64,000 nucleotides of DNA from NCBI RefSeq assembly GCF_902459465.1, contig NC_047067.1, forward strand, positions 21,824,001 to 21,888,000. The letters are read 5' to 3'. A program made the position numbers and the translations under genes. This DNA is from Asterias rubens (lineage: Eukaryota). Of this stretch, positions 12,758-25,100 are shown piece by piece; the stretch's first letter is position 1, and every line of letters begins with the position of its first letter. The notes under the pieces were generated by a model, which saw only the letters and a program-made list of their open reading frames with translations, was not told the origin of the DNA and made no database searches.

Positions 12758-14439
12758 AATAATATTATCTGCGCAATTATATCAATCTGAAAAGTACAAA
12801 TCAGTACTTGCAGTAAGTGGAATAATTATGTCAAACAGCAGTGCAAGATGAAATTCGAATTAACTCCAGTTTGTAGAACGGAGACCTAATTATAATTTTC
12901 ATTAATTTTTTTTAGCATGAATACATTAAATGTCAGGTCAGGCGTTTAGTAAAAACAAATTCCTACGATATTGGCCAAGAGCTAAGCTATTTCTTTATTC
13001 CTTACGTTTCCTGACATTTTGTTCAAAGATCATTTCGACAAGCGTAATTACACCGACCGAATTCAAAGGTTAAGGAGTCTCGAAACGGCCTGAATTGTGC
13101 ACCACTGCATGAAAACGGCTTTGATCTGTACCCATCATTTTTCATCTTTTGGCATCGGCTCGGAAATGCGCCCAACGTTTCCCATACTTTTTGGAAGCGT
13201 CTGGGATAAGCACGGACTGTACCACTTCTCAATGCTTACTTTATTGTACAATGCCTGGAAAATTGCTAGAATCATATGAAAGGGCCTCACGTATTCCACA
13301 AAAATGGGTATGTTGGTGACCTTCTCTTGACTTTTTGACCTTTTTAAACTGGAAGAGCCTGTAAAATGCTTTGAAAAGGCAGTATTTAAAGGCTTTTAGG
13401 TTGAAATGTACACTTTTTGATGCTTTTTCCATAAAATTATTACACATCGAGAAAACTGTTTGGTTTTGATTTCTTTGCAATTTGACGAGCTATCAACAAC
13501 ACCTTTTTTCATTGATTCAAACAGTGACCCAACAATAGCCGAACACCTAGTGTTTGTTTCTACAAACACTATATCTAGTTTGTCAATATCTTTGTTTGGA
13601 TGGCCTTAACCGATATAAAAGGAACTAAGCAATTAATTAATCCTTGATTAAATTCCTCCAAGTTGATCAATGATTAACCTTTTTCTCCAAAAAATTGTGA
13701 TTATATGTCTTCTGCGCTTCCAATCTAAATCCTAACAATGGACTATTATTGTTTTGAGGTTGAATCAATAAAGATATAATGTGAACTTATGTATTTATGT
13801 AGTGCCAGCTTATTATCTTTATGTAATTTTTAAAATGGTAAATTTCCTAAACAGATTTTTAAAGTGATTTAACACCACTGGTTTAAAGGGGGGGGGGGGG
13901 GGCGGGGGCCATATCCCCACATGAGACTGATGGAGAAAAAACCTCTGCATAAACGGATGGTTCTAAATATTTAATAGGGGGTTTGTGTTATTCCCTGGTT
14001 GCCCCCGCCCCCCCTCCCCCCTCCCCACACTTCAAAATGGAAATGTGTGATATAAATTATAACCACGGTGAAGCAACAAGTATTTTGTGGTTGATAGATA
14101 AGATAAAGTCAGGGTAAAGTTCATTTCCTTTCTTCTGCTTGATTTCCTTTGGTTCTAGCGCGGTTTATTTATAGAAATCGTGCCATGCACTACCTCTGCA
14201 CGTCAGCCATAAAAAACTATGAAGTGATGTGTTCACCCCTACTATTATAATTGATCATCCCAAAACCGCTGTATGCAAATTATGCGGTTATTATGTAGTT
14301 AATCCATATAAATCCTTGTTTATTGTCTGGATTTAGACCATCCCTTCTCAAACTTATTTGTATGTTTGTAAAGAAACGAAAAGCGAGCAAATCTCCTTAT
14401 AATTTAATCAAATCTTCACGTAATTGAGAGAGTTCCCCC

Positions 14440-14560
14440 CTTGACTGATGACATCATCCGAGCAAAGGAGGTCCCCGCCGGCCGGCGGTACGTACGCGCT
14501 GTCCAGCCGGCCGATAGACATCACCTGATTTAAGTGTGTATGGAGCGCAGAGTGGGAAGA
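14440..14560 (+). promoter_or_regulatory. GC-rich candidate upstream promoter of the desaturase gene
   Basis: CpG-rich island in AT-rich DNA; 14-bp palindrome CCGCCGGCCGGCGG (14475-14488), ATCACCTGAT (14520-14529) and TGATGACATCA (14446-14456). Confidence 0.3.
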
Positions 14561-14749
14561 AAATAAACTACAAAAATAAATTGACTGTATTCTTTTTCAA
14601 TGTCAATCGTATCGGCTGAAGTTATTTTGTGTTCCTTCGTGGAGCTATTTCTTAATTTCGATCCAAAGGTTCAAATGTGGAGGAAGTTCAACTTTTTTTA
14701 ATCAAAGAGAAGATGGAACCGACACTAGTGGTTACTCAAAACAATTTGC

Positions 14750-15044
14750 ATTTACTTGGTATGAGCAATATAGAGCTGTTGATAGTATAATACATTATGA
14801 GAAAGGGCTCCGTCTGAAGTAACATAGTTTTTGAGAAAGAAGTATTTTTTTATTAAAATAATTGAATTGAGTTTGAGGCATCTGAAAGCACACAACTTTT
14901 GCGACAAGTGTGTTTTTTCCTCCATTATTCGCTCACAACTTCGACAACCAATTGAGTTAAAATTTTCACAGGAGTTTCTTGTTTTATGCATACACCAAGT
15001 GAGAAGACTGGTCTTTGACAATTACCAAAGTTGTCCAGTGCCTA
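14750..15044. mobile_element. TTAA-type (Kolobok-like) MITE, family A, lacking its left end
   Basis: Right end ACACCAAGTGAGAAGACTGGTCTTTGACAATTACCAA..GTCCAGTG is shared with 24465-24640 and the complete copy at 59775-60094. Confidence 0.75.
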
Positions 15045-15172
15045 TGTCTTTGCTCTGTGGTTCAATACAAAATCACCCCTTGTCACACTATTCACAGAAG
15101 TTCAGATTGGGACACACACCCGCAAAAAAACCCAAACATTTCCACAATGTTTGGAGTCAATTACTTTGTGTA

Positions 15173-15524
15173 GGGTTTCATGGCTGAGTGGTTAAGAGCA
15201 TCGAATTCAAGTTCTGGTGCTAAGTCACCATAGTGTGGGTTTGAATCCCCGTCGTGTCACTTGTGTCCTTGAGCAAGATACTTTACTATGATTGCTTCTC
15301 CTTCACCCAGGGGTATAAATGGTTACCTGCGAGGGTAGTTGATATTGTAAATGAAAAAGCCTTTGGAGCACTATAAAACGGTAGCCCATGCGGTTTATTC
15401 TCCCCAGGGAGCTGAGAAAGATTAAAGAGATGTTATTGGCCCAATGACCAGGGGACTTTTGTAAAGCGCATTGATACAGTTATTGTGATATGCGCTATAT
15501 AAGAATTTGTTATTATTATTATTA
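15173..15524 (+). mobile_element. tRNA-Leu-derived SINE, 3' body type 1, with (TTA)n tail
   Basis: TGGCTGAGTGGTTAAGAGC A box, GGGTTTGAATCCC B box, core GTCCTTGAGCAAGATACTT...CACCCAGGGGTATAAATG, tail GCGCTATATAAG..(TTA)n; homologous to 62721-63080. Confidence 0.85.
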
Positions 15525-15566
15525 CATTTTGACTTCCAAAATGGCAGACGGATGTGCAAGAAGTCA

Positions 15567-15642
15567 AGTTCCCTGAAGACACGAGCAGTGTATACTGCTT
15601 GAAACGTCAAGAGCCCACCAGCTCTTTTCAGAGCCAACACTC
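15567..15642 (+). ncRNA. Degenerate minimal type I hammerhead ribozyme motif (Penelope-like fragment)
   Basis: CTGAAGA (15573-15579), stem II GAGCAG-TGTATA-CTGCTT, GAAA-CG-TC (15601-15608); downstream CAGCTCTTTTCAGAGCCAACACTC is shared with the 63089-63216 element. Stem I pairing is poor. Confidence 0.55.
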
Positions 15643-16151
15643 CTCCTCAAAGAGATTTACACATGGTTGTACCATTTTCTCTATGGCTGTACCCGCAAGT
15701 TTATACTTCTAATAATATCGGTGTTTTTCTTGTAAGAACTTATTTCGATTTCATTTGACCACAATTCGCCCGCCATAGAGAGGGGGCATGCGTCAAACGC
15801 ATGCACGTTTGTTAGGGAATCAGACAGATCGAGAAACACACAGATAGTAAGCAACGACGATCCCACTGACTGTGAGACAACTATTATATAAACATAGAAA
15901 ATAAACTGGTCAGCCCATGGTGGTCAACCTTGAGTCCTGGTCAAGCCTCACAACACACTACGTAAGTTTTATTGGTTGCATAACTGCAACATTTTGTAAT
16001 AAGTGCTAAATTTGCTACCGTTTCACCGCTTTCTGGCACACCTTGCTAAACTATTTGCGAAGGAGGTAAAGAAGAGAAAGAGTTTATGTCGTTCCCACTT
16101 TACTTTTTGAAATAATTTTAACCGTCAACAGGAGTACAGGAGCAGCGGACA

Positions 16152-19100
16152 ATGGGGAAAGGGGGCAACCGTTCAGAGCTCCAGCAGACCGGGGAGGAAG
16201 TCCCGTCTGACCTGGAGACAATCTCGTGGGATGAAGTGAGCAAACACAACGGCCTGCTGACGGAGGATCGTAGTAAATGGCTGGTGATCGACGGACAAGT
16301 TTACGACATCACATCCTGGTCAATGAAACACCCCGGTGGTCGGAGACTTTTGTCCCACTACGCTGGACAAGATGCCTCGGTAAAAACAAAAACTACTTCA
16401 CTTTCTTAGAAGTTGTTTGGTACACCTGAACTAGGCCTATAACTAAGTTGTGTGAGAGTTTTATTTTTAATTTGAATTTAAAATTAGTTTTGTACTAGTA
16501 CGACAGAGAATGTCAAAATTTCGAAAAAAAGAGTACAGCGCCCCAGTTAATGGGTCTAATGCAATCATTTCAAAAGTGACAGCAGGCTTTAATTACCCTA
16601 GACTAGGCCTCAGGCCTATTCATTCACATCAGGATCAGCAGATGTTGTTTGGTAAACACTGTGATTGGGAAAATACAAAACCAATAGTCATCAAATTCTT
16701 TCAATTCTTTTACTTTTTACTTTTATAAAAGTTTATTTAACATGGGGAAAGATTTGGAAAAGTTTCAAAATTGTGCAACCAATTTTTCATTTGTTATATA
16801 TTGAAATAGGCCTATATATTTACCTAAATGAGATCACTTTTTGTAAAATGAGTGAACAAGTGGTGACAGGGTGTGGAAAGTTCTCCAAGACCAAAGAATT
16901 TTGATTTTTGCCACAATTTTTCACAATTTTTTTACTTGAGTTAATCAGATACTCATTTAGAAGAATTGGAGAGTAGTGGGGCACCAGCCCCGTAAAGACA
17001 TCATTATTTTTTTATCATTGGATGAAGAGAAATCCAGTTTATTTTATTCACAAATTAAATGCTTGTCAAGAAGTTTAGTCACTTACATGCATTGGTAGTT
17101 TTTATAACAACTCACTGGGCCTACGGCTGTAAGAATCTCATCCGAAGGACAAAGCAATAATGGTTTAAAAGTGTCTTGCTTTAAGGATGCAAGTGCAACG
17201 ACCGGGACTCAAACCCACACTCTGCGGATCAGAAACACCAGAGCTTGATTCAGGTGCTCTTAACCGACAAGCCATGACATGACACTAACACAAAATTACT
17301 GGTTTGCGAAATGAGAGAACATTGCGCCTTTATGTATGGGCTGATGGTGGTGTGACGTGACCCTTGCTCTATGGTGACGCATATAAGAGTCTGCCTAGTG
17401 CACAACTCTGTGGTGTTTACCAACCGACTGGTTAATATTTCTATATTTATACATCAATACACTGACATGAAAAGAAAAGAAGCGCTTCAAATAACCCAAA
17501 TTATTTTTAATTTGGTGACAAATAAGGTCAGATGAGGCAATGTTTATTATGAGCATGGACATACTCTTTTGCTTTAAAGTAAACTCCATACGTGACCCAT
17601 ATTAAACAAGCGCTGTTTGAGCTCCTATGTAATAAGTCTCACAAGGTAAACAATATGCAAACAAAACTTATTCTAAAGTTTGTCACCCTTGAAAGTTTGG
17701 ACAAACTTTATGATACGATATTTGTTTTATGCTAACTTCGTGTTATGGTTCTTTTTTTCTTCTTCTACATAGCAGGGGACCAGTCACAACCAAGCACTGC
17801 ATAACTGGTCTCTTGAGGTGAACCAGTTTGCAAACAAACTTTTCCTAAAGTTTGTCACCCTTTTGAAACTTGGGCAAACTTTTTGATACCATTTTCAAAG
17901 CCAGGGTACTCCCAAAGCATTTTTCCAAACTGTCATTCTGGACCAAAATTTGGTGTTTTGCTGAAGCAAGCTGAATTGAAAAAGGGTCTATGGAAAGTTT
18001 TGTACTTAATTTTATCTTGGTTTTAAAAGTCCTACTGTGCAATCTGGAGCATTCTTTATGTTTTTTACTTGTTTTTTGTAGAATTAGTTTCAAAAAGGGG
18101 GAAAAAAAAAATGTTGTTGAATCGCCCAAATGGTCAAGTTCTTTAAACTGTTAATAATGGACTATAATTTGATTTTTGTCCTTCAAATTTCTAGGAGCCG
18201 TTTACTGCATTTCATCCAGACAGCCAGAAGGTCAAGAAGTACCTCAAAGCCCTGACTGTGGTCGGAAAGGTGGAGCAGAGAGAAGCGAGAAAGGACATTG
18301 AATCCGATTTCAGCAAACTCAGAACAACCGCTCAGCAAATGGTAAATGTTCAACCCAGGATCCAATGTCCGAGCCGAAAATTATGCTTAGCAAAGTTTTC
18401 TGCTAAGCAGAAACTAGCATGGTTAGGTCACGTATATATTCATTAGATGGTATTTTGGCGCGTAACCTATTTTTTGTACTACAGCTTTATGTAAGTGACC
18501 ACTGTGACAGGTGAATCAAGTGTGAAATTCAAGGTCAGAAATTCGTACAAAACAATTCTTTAAAGGTGCTCCAACTCTTGTGAAACATTTGTTGTGAAAT
18601 TTTGAATCAAAACTTGCATCTATACTTTGTATAAAGTATGAACTGGGCTGTATAGTTCGATTTATCTTTATGAGTAAATATGATCATGCAATCATGAACT
18701 TGATCATATAATCTCATTTGATAAGATGCGGCTACTCTATAAAGGGAAAAACAACAAATTTAATAAAACAAAAATTATTTTAGATTAATTTTTTTGAATT
18801 GGTTTCAATCAGTATGAAAAAAAAACATCTACACTTGTTTCCCACTTGGAGAGATTCATCTATAATTTAAATCTAAATTCTGTGTCCAGAAAACTCAGCC
18901 ATTGATGATATAGTTACTTCAGGGATTAGAACTTTTTTTGAGGGGGGGGGGGGTCAAACATTGCCATGATACCATGAAAACAAACCAAGAACATACCCAA
19001 CACAGCTCTCCACTGTTGGCTAAAACATGTGAACCGTTCTTTTAATCAAATTTTCCCCTGGATACTTGCAGATTGAATTACTCATGGCAGTGCATTTTGG

Positions 19101-22100
19101 TGGTAAAATCAAGTTATCAATTTTGGTTAAATCAAATTAAATTTATTGGTCGGAAATCTGAAAAAAAGGTCTCGGCAGTGTAGCATAACAAGACAATTTT
19201 TTTCCAATCTCAGTTTGAGGCTAGGGGGGAGAGGTAAGAGTTAAGAGTCGGGGGGGGGGGCAGGCCAGGTTTAAACGCCACAGAATCTTGGTGTCCGTGG
19301 TAAAAATTAGAAAAATTTAAAGGAAGCTGAGGTCTCAAATTCAATTCAAGTATGTTAGTGAAAAATTACTTCTTTCTCTAAAACTTCCCTGAACTAATTT
19401 TTTATTTTACAATTTGCAGGAGCTCTTCAAGCCAAAGCTCACCTTTTACTGGATCATGGCCATTCACATTATTTTGATGGATTTATTTGCGTATCTCAAC
19501 ATGCTATACTTTGGAGTAGGCTGGATTACCTTCGCTGTTGCAGCTATACTTGCATCTACAGCTCAGGTAAGGGTTTTTTTTTCTCTCAAAAATTCTGTTT
19601 TTGCTCTCAGAAAAATCAACAAATTATTAAACAGCCTATCAAAACCTATAGACCAATCCGAAGAAACAAAATGAAGAGCGCTCTCTATTGAACAAAAATT
19701 AACAACTGTCCCAGTGTCTTTTTGTGCATAATCTAGGCACTGAAAACACCACAGCAAATGGCGGGAGGTGTATACCATGCGAATATCGGTCCACCAATGT
19801 ATAATCTATATATAGAAAATATTATATTGTTATGATATTTTCCTGAGGGTCAAATATCATGCCTGTCAGCAGTAGACCAAAATGCTGCAGAAAATGTATC
19901 AATTGCTACCTTAAAAAAAAATAATAATATGCTACTCAATATTGGCATGCAGTATGCGCTGCACAAAATAAGCTCAGTCTAAATTGTTCACGGTGCTATA
20001 CACAATTTGCTGGACGATATCGCTCCCTGCCTGTTAACATGACACATGAATAGTCGTCATTGAATACTGAGACACATGAATTACCCATTGCCTAGTGCAG
20101 GCTGTTGGGACGTCTTGAACGATCCGATAAGATGGCAGTGTCTTAGATCTTATACCCCGAGGCAATGACTCTGATATTCCTTCGTCCTTCCCAAGATGGA
20201 TAGGTTGAGAGGTGATGTTGCTGTGGTGTTGCATCCCTATCCTCAATTCTATCATCCCCCGAATTACGGATTCTCTCTTAATAATTAACATATTTGATTC
20301 TGAACGAGATTGACATGGTATGCCGTCCATTTTATTATTATTTGGTTTTATACACAATAACATATTTTAATTGAAGCTACCTGCCTGCATTATTTGTTAT
20401 GTTTTATCGGTCCTAGCTCTATGGTTTTATATACTGAATGGTTGCCCATACTTCTTTATATAAATTTGCGTTAGGGATAAAGACTATTGTGTTATACAAT
20501 ACAGCGATGTTTGTTCAACACTAGTGTATAGTACTAAGTACTTTCCCCAAGTCCTGCGGCCTGTGGGAAAATTGTTTTTAATTGTTTGAACTGCCTCTAG
20601 CTCCCGGGCTAGCTCAGTGGTCTAGTGGTAAGACATCTGCCCTAGAAAGGCTAAAAAAGGCCCGCTGGTTAAGAGAATATTTTAATTGTAGCTATCCGCA
20701 TTATCTTAACATTTTTGTGTGGACTTTTTGCCCATACTCTTTCATTGAATGCTTGAAATGCATCGGGTATTATGCCTGTGTTTGTTAGTGTTGTTGGGTG
20801 GAATTTTTTATTTTATTTTTTTTGGGGGGGGGGGGGGTGGGTACAGTGTACGTAGTGCTTGCTGCTTAACACGCATCAATGTATATGGGTCAATCGCAAA
20901 TGTACTCTCAGTCACAACATTAAATATTGATTTGAAACTTGTTGTAAATAATTTAAGAATACACCTCCAGAATGTCAGTTATGTAATATACTGTATGTTA
21001 AAGGGGAAGAAAAGACACAGGATGGTTTTTCTCCCAAGATGTTCTGTAAATGAAGTAGTTTGTTATTGTAAGTTATTGATTTTGTACAACAAGACGTGTG
21101 TAGTCCAACAAAAGATAACAACACCCCAACCTCAGACCGCTTACTACCACCCTAGACCCATGTCCTCACCAAGTTATACAACCAATCCCAGGAAAAGTGA
21201 AGCCCCAAATCTACACCAAGCACACACACCTTTTCAGACAACCAAGGTCGTTTCTTAATCAAGTGGAAATCTGTATAGATTGTAGATAAGTCTACATAGG
21301 TCATCCTCTAACACAGTGATCATTGCTATTGACTCTCATATGGTGTAGTTTCATGTGGAAATATTCGTCGCACTGCCTGGTTGTTTAAACCAGGGAGGTA
21401 GGATTACCTCCATGTATAAACACACTAGGGCACTGCTGACATTTATGTATATTTTATCCATCACTCAACGGGTCATACAGCCAACTACTGCTTGAACTAG
21501 ACGCATGCATGTTGCTGAATGTCACATTGAGATATTGACTTTTTCTCCCCTTTTCTTGCCAGGATGCAATAATTTAATAGACTCACTCCGCTGCCTACAT
21601 ACGACTGTAGAGATAAATATAGCACCTTGCAAAGTATTCAATTTGACATTTTCATGTGCTCTGAACCGACAAGTTCAAGTTTCGAAATAACCCCTGGCAA
21701 CCACAGCAATTGCCGGGGTGCCCTGTGCTTTTGCTGTGGTGCCCTTTGCAGAGTTCCATTATAAATTAAAATTTTCCCGGTAGAAAAACGAAATTCAAGG
21801 CCTGAGTTGGACATTTTTGATGTGCCCTAAACTGACGAGAAGTCATGAAGCCTTTGGCTTCAAATTGTTGTGAAAACAGTTTGCTGTGGCAGACATCTTT
21901 ATTTCCACCCCATCTCTTAATGTTAGTGTTTGGCAATTTTAAAGTTTACGCAACCTATAATCACAGATTTTAATCAGGGTTGGTCATTATGATAATTTCA
22001 ATATAATGTAATCAGCTTTTTTGTTTACTTGACGGCTTTCCCCAGTCATAAAATGAAAGACATTATCTCTATACAAGTCCTGTATTTTGTTACTTCACGA

Positions 22101-25100
22101 CTGATCAAACAATTCGTATCCGTTATCTAAGTAAGGGTAACTGAGCAAAAGTTGAGTGCTGTTGGATCATTGTTAACTTAGTCTGAACCTTGGTTGAACA
22201 AACTTTGTGGTCAGATTAAATGACCCGATTGTTTTTATAACTGTTACATAAATAACTGTTACATAAATGTACAGCAAATTTGCCTGGGTCATGGTCAATT
22301 AAAAAACCACAAGGTACAATGTATTTCTCCTCACTCCATCCAAGAAATTTTATTCTGTTGAGAAAGGTTGAATTCAGCAAGTGCTATTCACACGACAGCA
22401 ATTTAACTGGGGTCCCTTGCTTAATTTTAGCATCGTTGTAACAAGATTTTGCAAGAAATCTTAAACAGTAGAAACCAAAATTTGTGTCCTTTCACACAAG
22501 GTACATTTTGTAAAATTTTAATACCATGCTTTAATATAGCAAGGGACCCTTGCTAATTTTCTCTCATGTGAAAGGGGCTTAACACTGTTGAATTTTGTTT
22601 TCATACAAGTGTGGAAACAATTTCAATTTGGGTTGCAGTAAAACAAAATGACTAGAGCAGGAGTTGAACCTGCAACTTCTAGAATGTGTTGGAGCTCTAT
22701 TTGTTCTGCTCCAGTCAAATTGTCTTTGTTTCAACAGTGTTTAAAATTTAAGTTGAAGGGGGTGTAGTAGGCTCTAGAGAAAACACAGACTGGCCAGCAG
22801 ATCTAGGATTGAACTCTTATCATGCTCTATTCAAATGATGGGTCAATAGGTCCAGCACTTGTTTGGTCTAAATTATTTTTGTCTACTCTAGATATGTCTA
22901 GACTTGGAAGGGTTGTAAAAATGCTTCAGTAACAATTTATGTCCTTGATAGGCAATGATAGACTGCCCCTTTAACTGTTAGCTACATTTCTTGAGATCTT
23001 GATCAGGATAAGCTTTCCTTAAATTATGCAGCTAAACATCTTGAGCTTTTATGGATCTACTTTCCCTTTAAGCGTTGGCTTAATTTCTTACATCTTGATG
23101 ATCAACTTGTCCTTTAATTGTCAGTGTCAACTTACTAAACATCTTGAGTTCTTTTGGATCAACCTTCCCTTTAACTATCAGTTCAAAATATATTTAGGAT
23201 CAACTTTGCTTTTGATTATCAGCTGAACTTCTTCACATCTTCAGTATCAACTTTCCCTTTAACTGTCAGCTTAATTTCTTGAGATCTTGTGGGTGAACTT
23301 TGCCTCTAACTCACAGCTACATTTCTTGAGTTCGTAAATCTAACAAATATTATTTTCTTTGATTATTTTTTCCACAGGTTCAAGCTGGCTGGCTACAGCA
23401 TGACTTGGGCCATTTGTCTGTATCCAAAAGTCGTAAAGTCAACCGAGCTCTGCACGCAATGACAATGGGATGCTTAAAGGTACGCTCATCTACAGTTCCC
23501 GAGTTTCGAATTCATCTCAAAGGGGTGTGGAACTAATTATTTGAGGTGGTCGTCTTTCAAAATTACAATCGCATAGACCAATCAAAGATAAATCCATGAT
23601 GTATTCTTCTAATGTCATCCAAGTTGAGAGAGAAGTCAAATGAGAAGCGGGCTTTGTTGCAATTTGGGGAAACCTTCAACAAAATCCAAACACTTGTTAG
23701 TCCTGGCAGTATGTTGAGTTCACTGTTCACTCAACCGCCTTGTACAAATCAAAAGCGAGCAGTTCTTTAATTTATGCTAAATTGTGAAGCCAATGATCTC
23801 GGAAAAGCGTCATTAATCACTTTACTAGCCAAGAACCGAATGAAGACAGGGAAGGAATTTTAGATGTGGGAGGAAAATCCCAGAGAGTAATTCCATGGAA
23901 AACCCACACATTCAAGTAGGGACTGAAAACCCAATCCACATAGTGCCCCAGGCATAATTCGAACCAGGGTTCCAGAGGTGAAAGGCGAGTCAAGTTACCA
24001 CTTCGCTAACCTTACCACTCAAGAGTAATTCACAAATATCCTTTAAAATTTTGTTGGAAATTTGGAACGTGTTTATGTAAGGTGTTTCTGAAAGAAATGG
24101 CGTTGCTTTGAGGTCACAATTTTTTTCTCTCCAATATATGCCCGAGGTCATTGAGTAGGAACCTATATCATCTCCGCTTCTAGTCTAGTGATTGTCTGGA
24201 CTCGTTCTGCTTTTTGCCTTTGGATAAACATTCAAGGTTTTTTCCCCTGGCTGGATTGTTGTTTTTCAGGGTTGGTTTTTTCACTGTATTCATATCTGGC
24301 CAGGGACATCTGTTATGTGGGTTGATGGCCTGTCTTTATTACATGAAGGCCACATCAGTAAGGTTGTAGTGACCATTGCATAAGATTACAGGTCACTAGT
24401 TATGAAATGGTTCTGCAAATTTAATTTAGAACAGTAGCCCCAAGATTCTTGCAGGCATGAGAAATTTTAATGTCTGAAATCAGACACTTCGTGTGTCAAG
24501 GGTGTTTTTTCTTTCATTATTATCTCGCAACTTCGATGACCGATTGAGCTCACATTTTTACAGGATTTTATGCATATGTTGAGATACACCAAGTGAGAAG
24601 ACTGGTCTTCGACAATTACCAATAGTGTCCACTTTCTTTAATCCACTGGTACAAAGGGAAAACATATTTCGTATTATTTTATTGTATCATGTAGTGAGGA
24701 ATATCCCTTGTGTAGCATAGCTTTCAGTGTGCACAAAGTCAGTTCAGTCCGCAACAAAATTTGCTGTGCAGAAGTTAAAGTGCCGGACGAAATCGTTCCC
24801 TGTCATGACAATAGATATTTTTAAATCTTTGAATTTTGAATTTGATTTTACGGACTGCAGTAGTATGAGTTAAGCTCTGAATAATCACTGGACTATCAAT
24901 GGATTGGTGCCAATGATTTCAAATTGTTACTTTTAACTTCCTGTGTGGAGAAATTACATCAAGGAAGTGGAGGACAGAGCCAGGAATTTTAAGTCTGGCA
25001 GTGACAGAATTTGATTAGTGAAGGAAACAAACAGTTATGCAAGGGTCGGAAATTTACCCAAGGCTAGTTAAGCTTTGGTCTAGTAAGCTTTCTACTGGAG

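Larger units (their letters stand above)
10848..13578 (+). mobile_element. Non-autonomous Helentron/DINE-1-like rolling-circle element
   Basis: 11-bp subterminal inverted repeats TAGGTGTTCGG (10850-10860) / CCGAACACCTA (13539-13549). 5' hairpin GTTCGGGC-AACA-GCCCGAAC; T-run; internal tandem repeats. 3' hairpin TAGTGTTTGT-TTCT-ACAAACACTA followed by CTAG then TT. It interrupts a repeat whose intact copy is at 41041-41160, in a T-run without a target-site duplication. Confidence 0.8.

Noticed and set aside
20034-20363. 109-aa minus-strand ORF with elevated GC in desaturase intron 3
   Set aside because: No recognisable domain or splice context; its identity cannot be supported without a search.
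21563-21632. Strong polypyrimidine acceptor followed by an in-frame stop (possible poison exon of the desaturase)
   Set aside because: No convincing donor downstream; needs junction reads.
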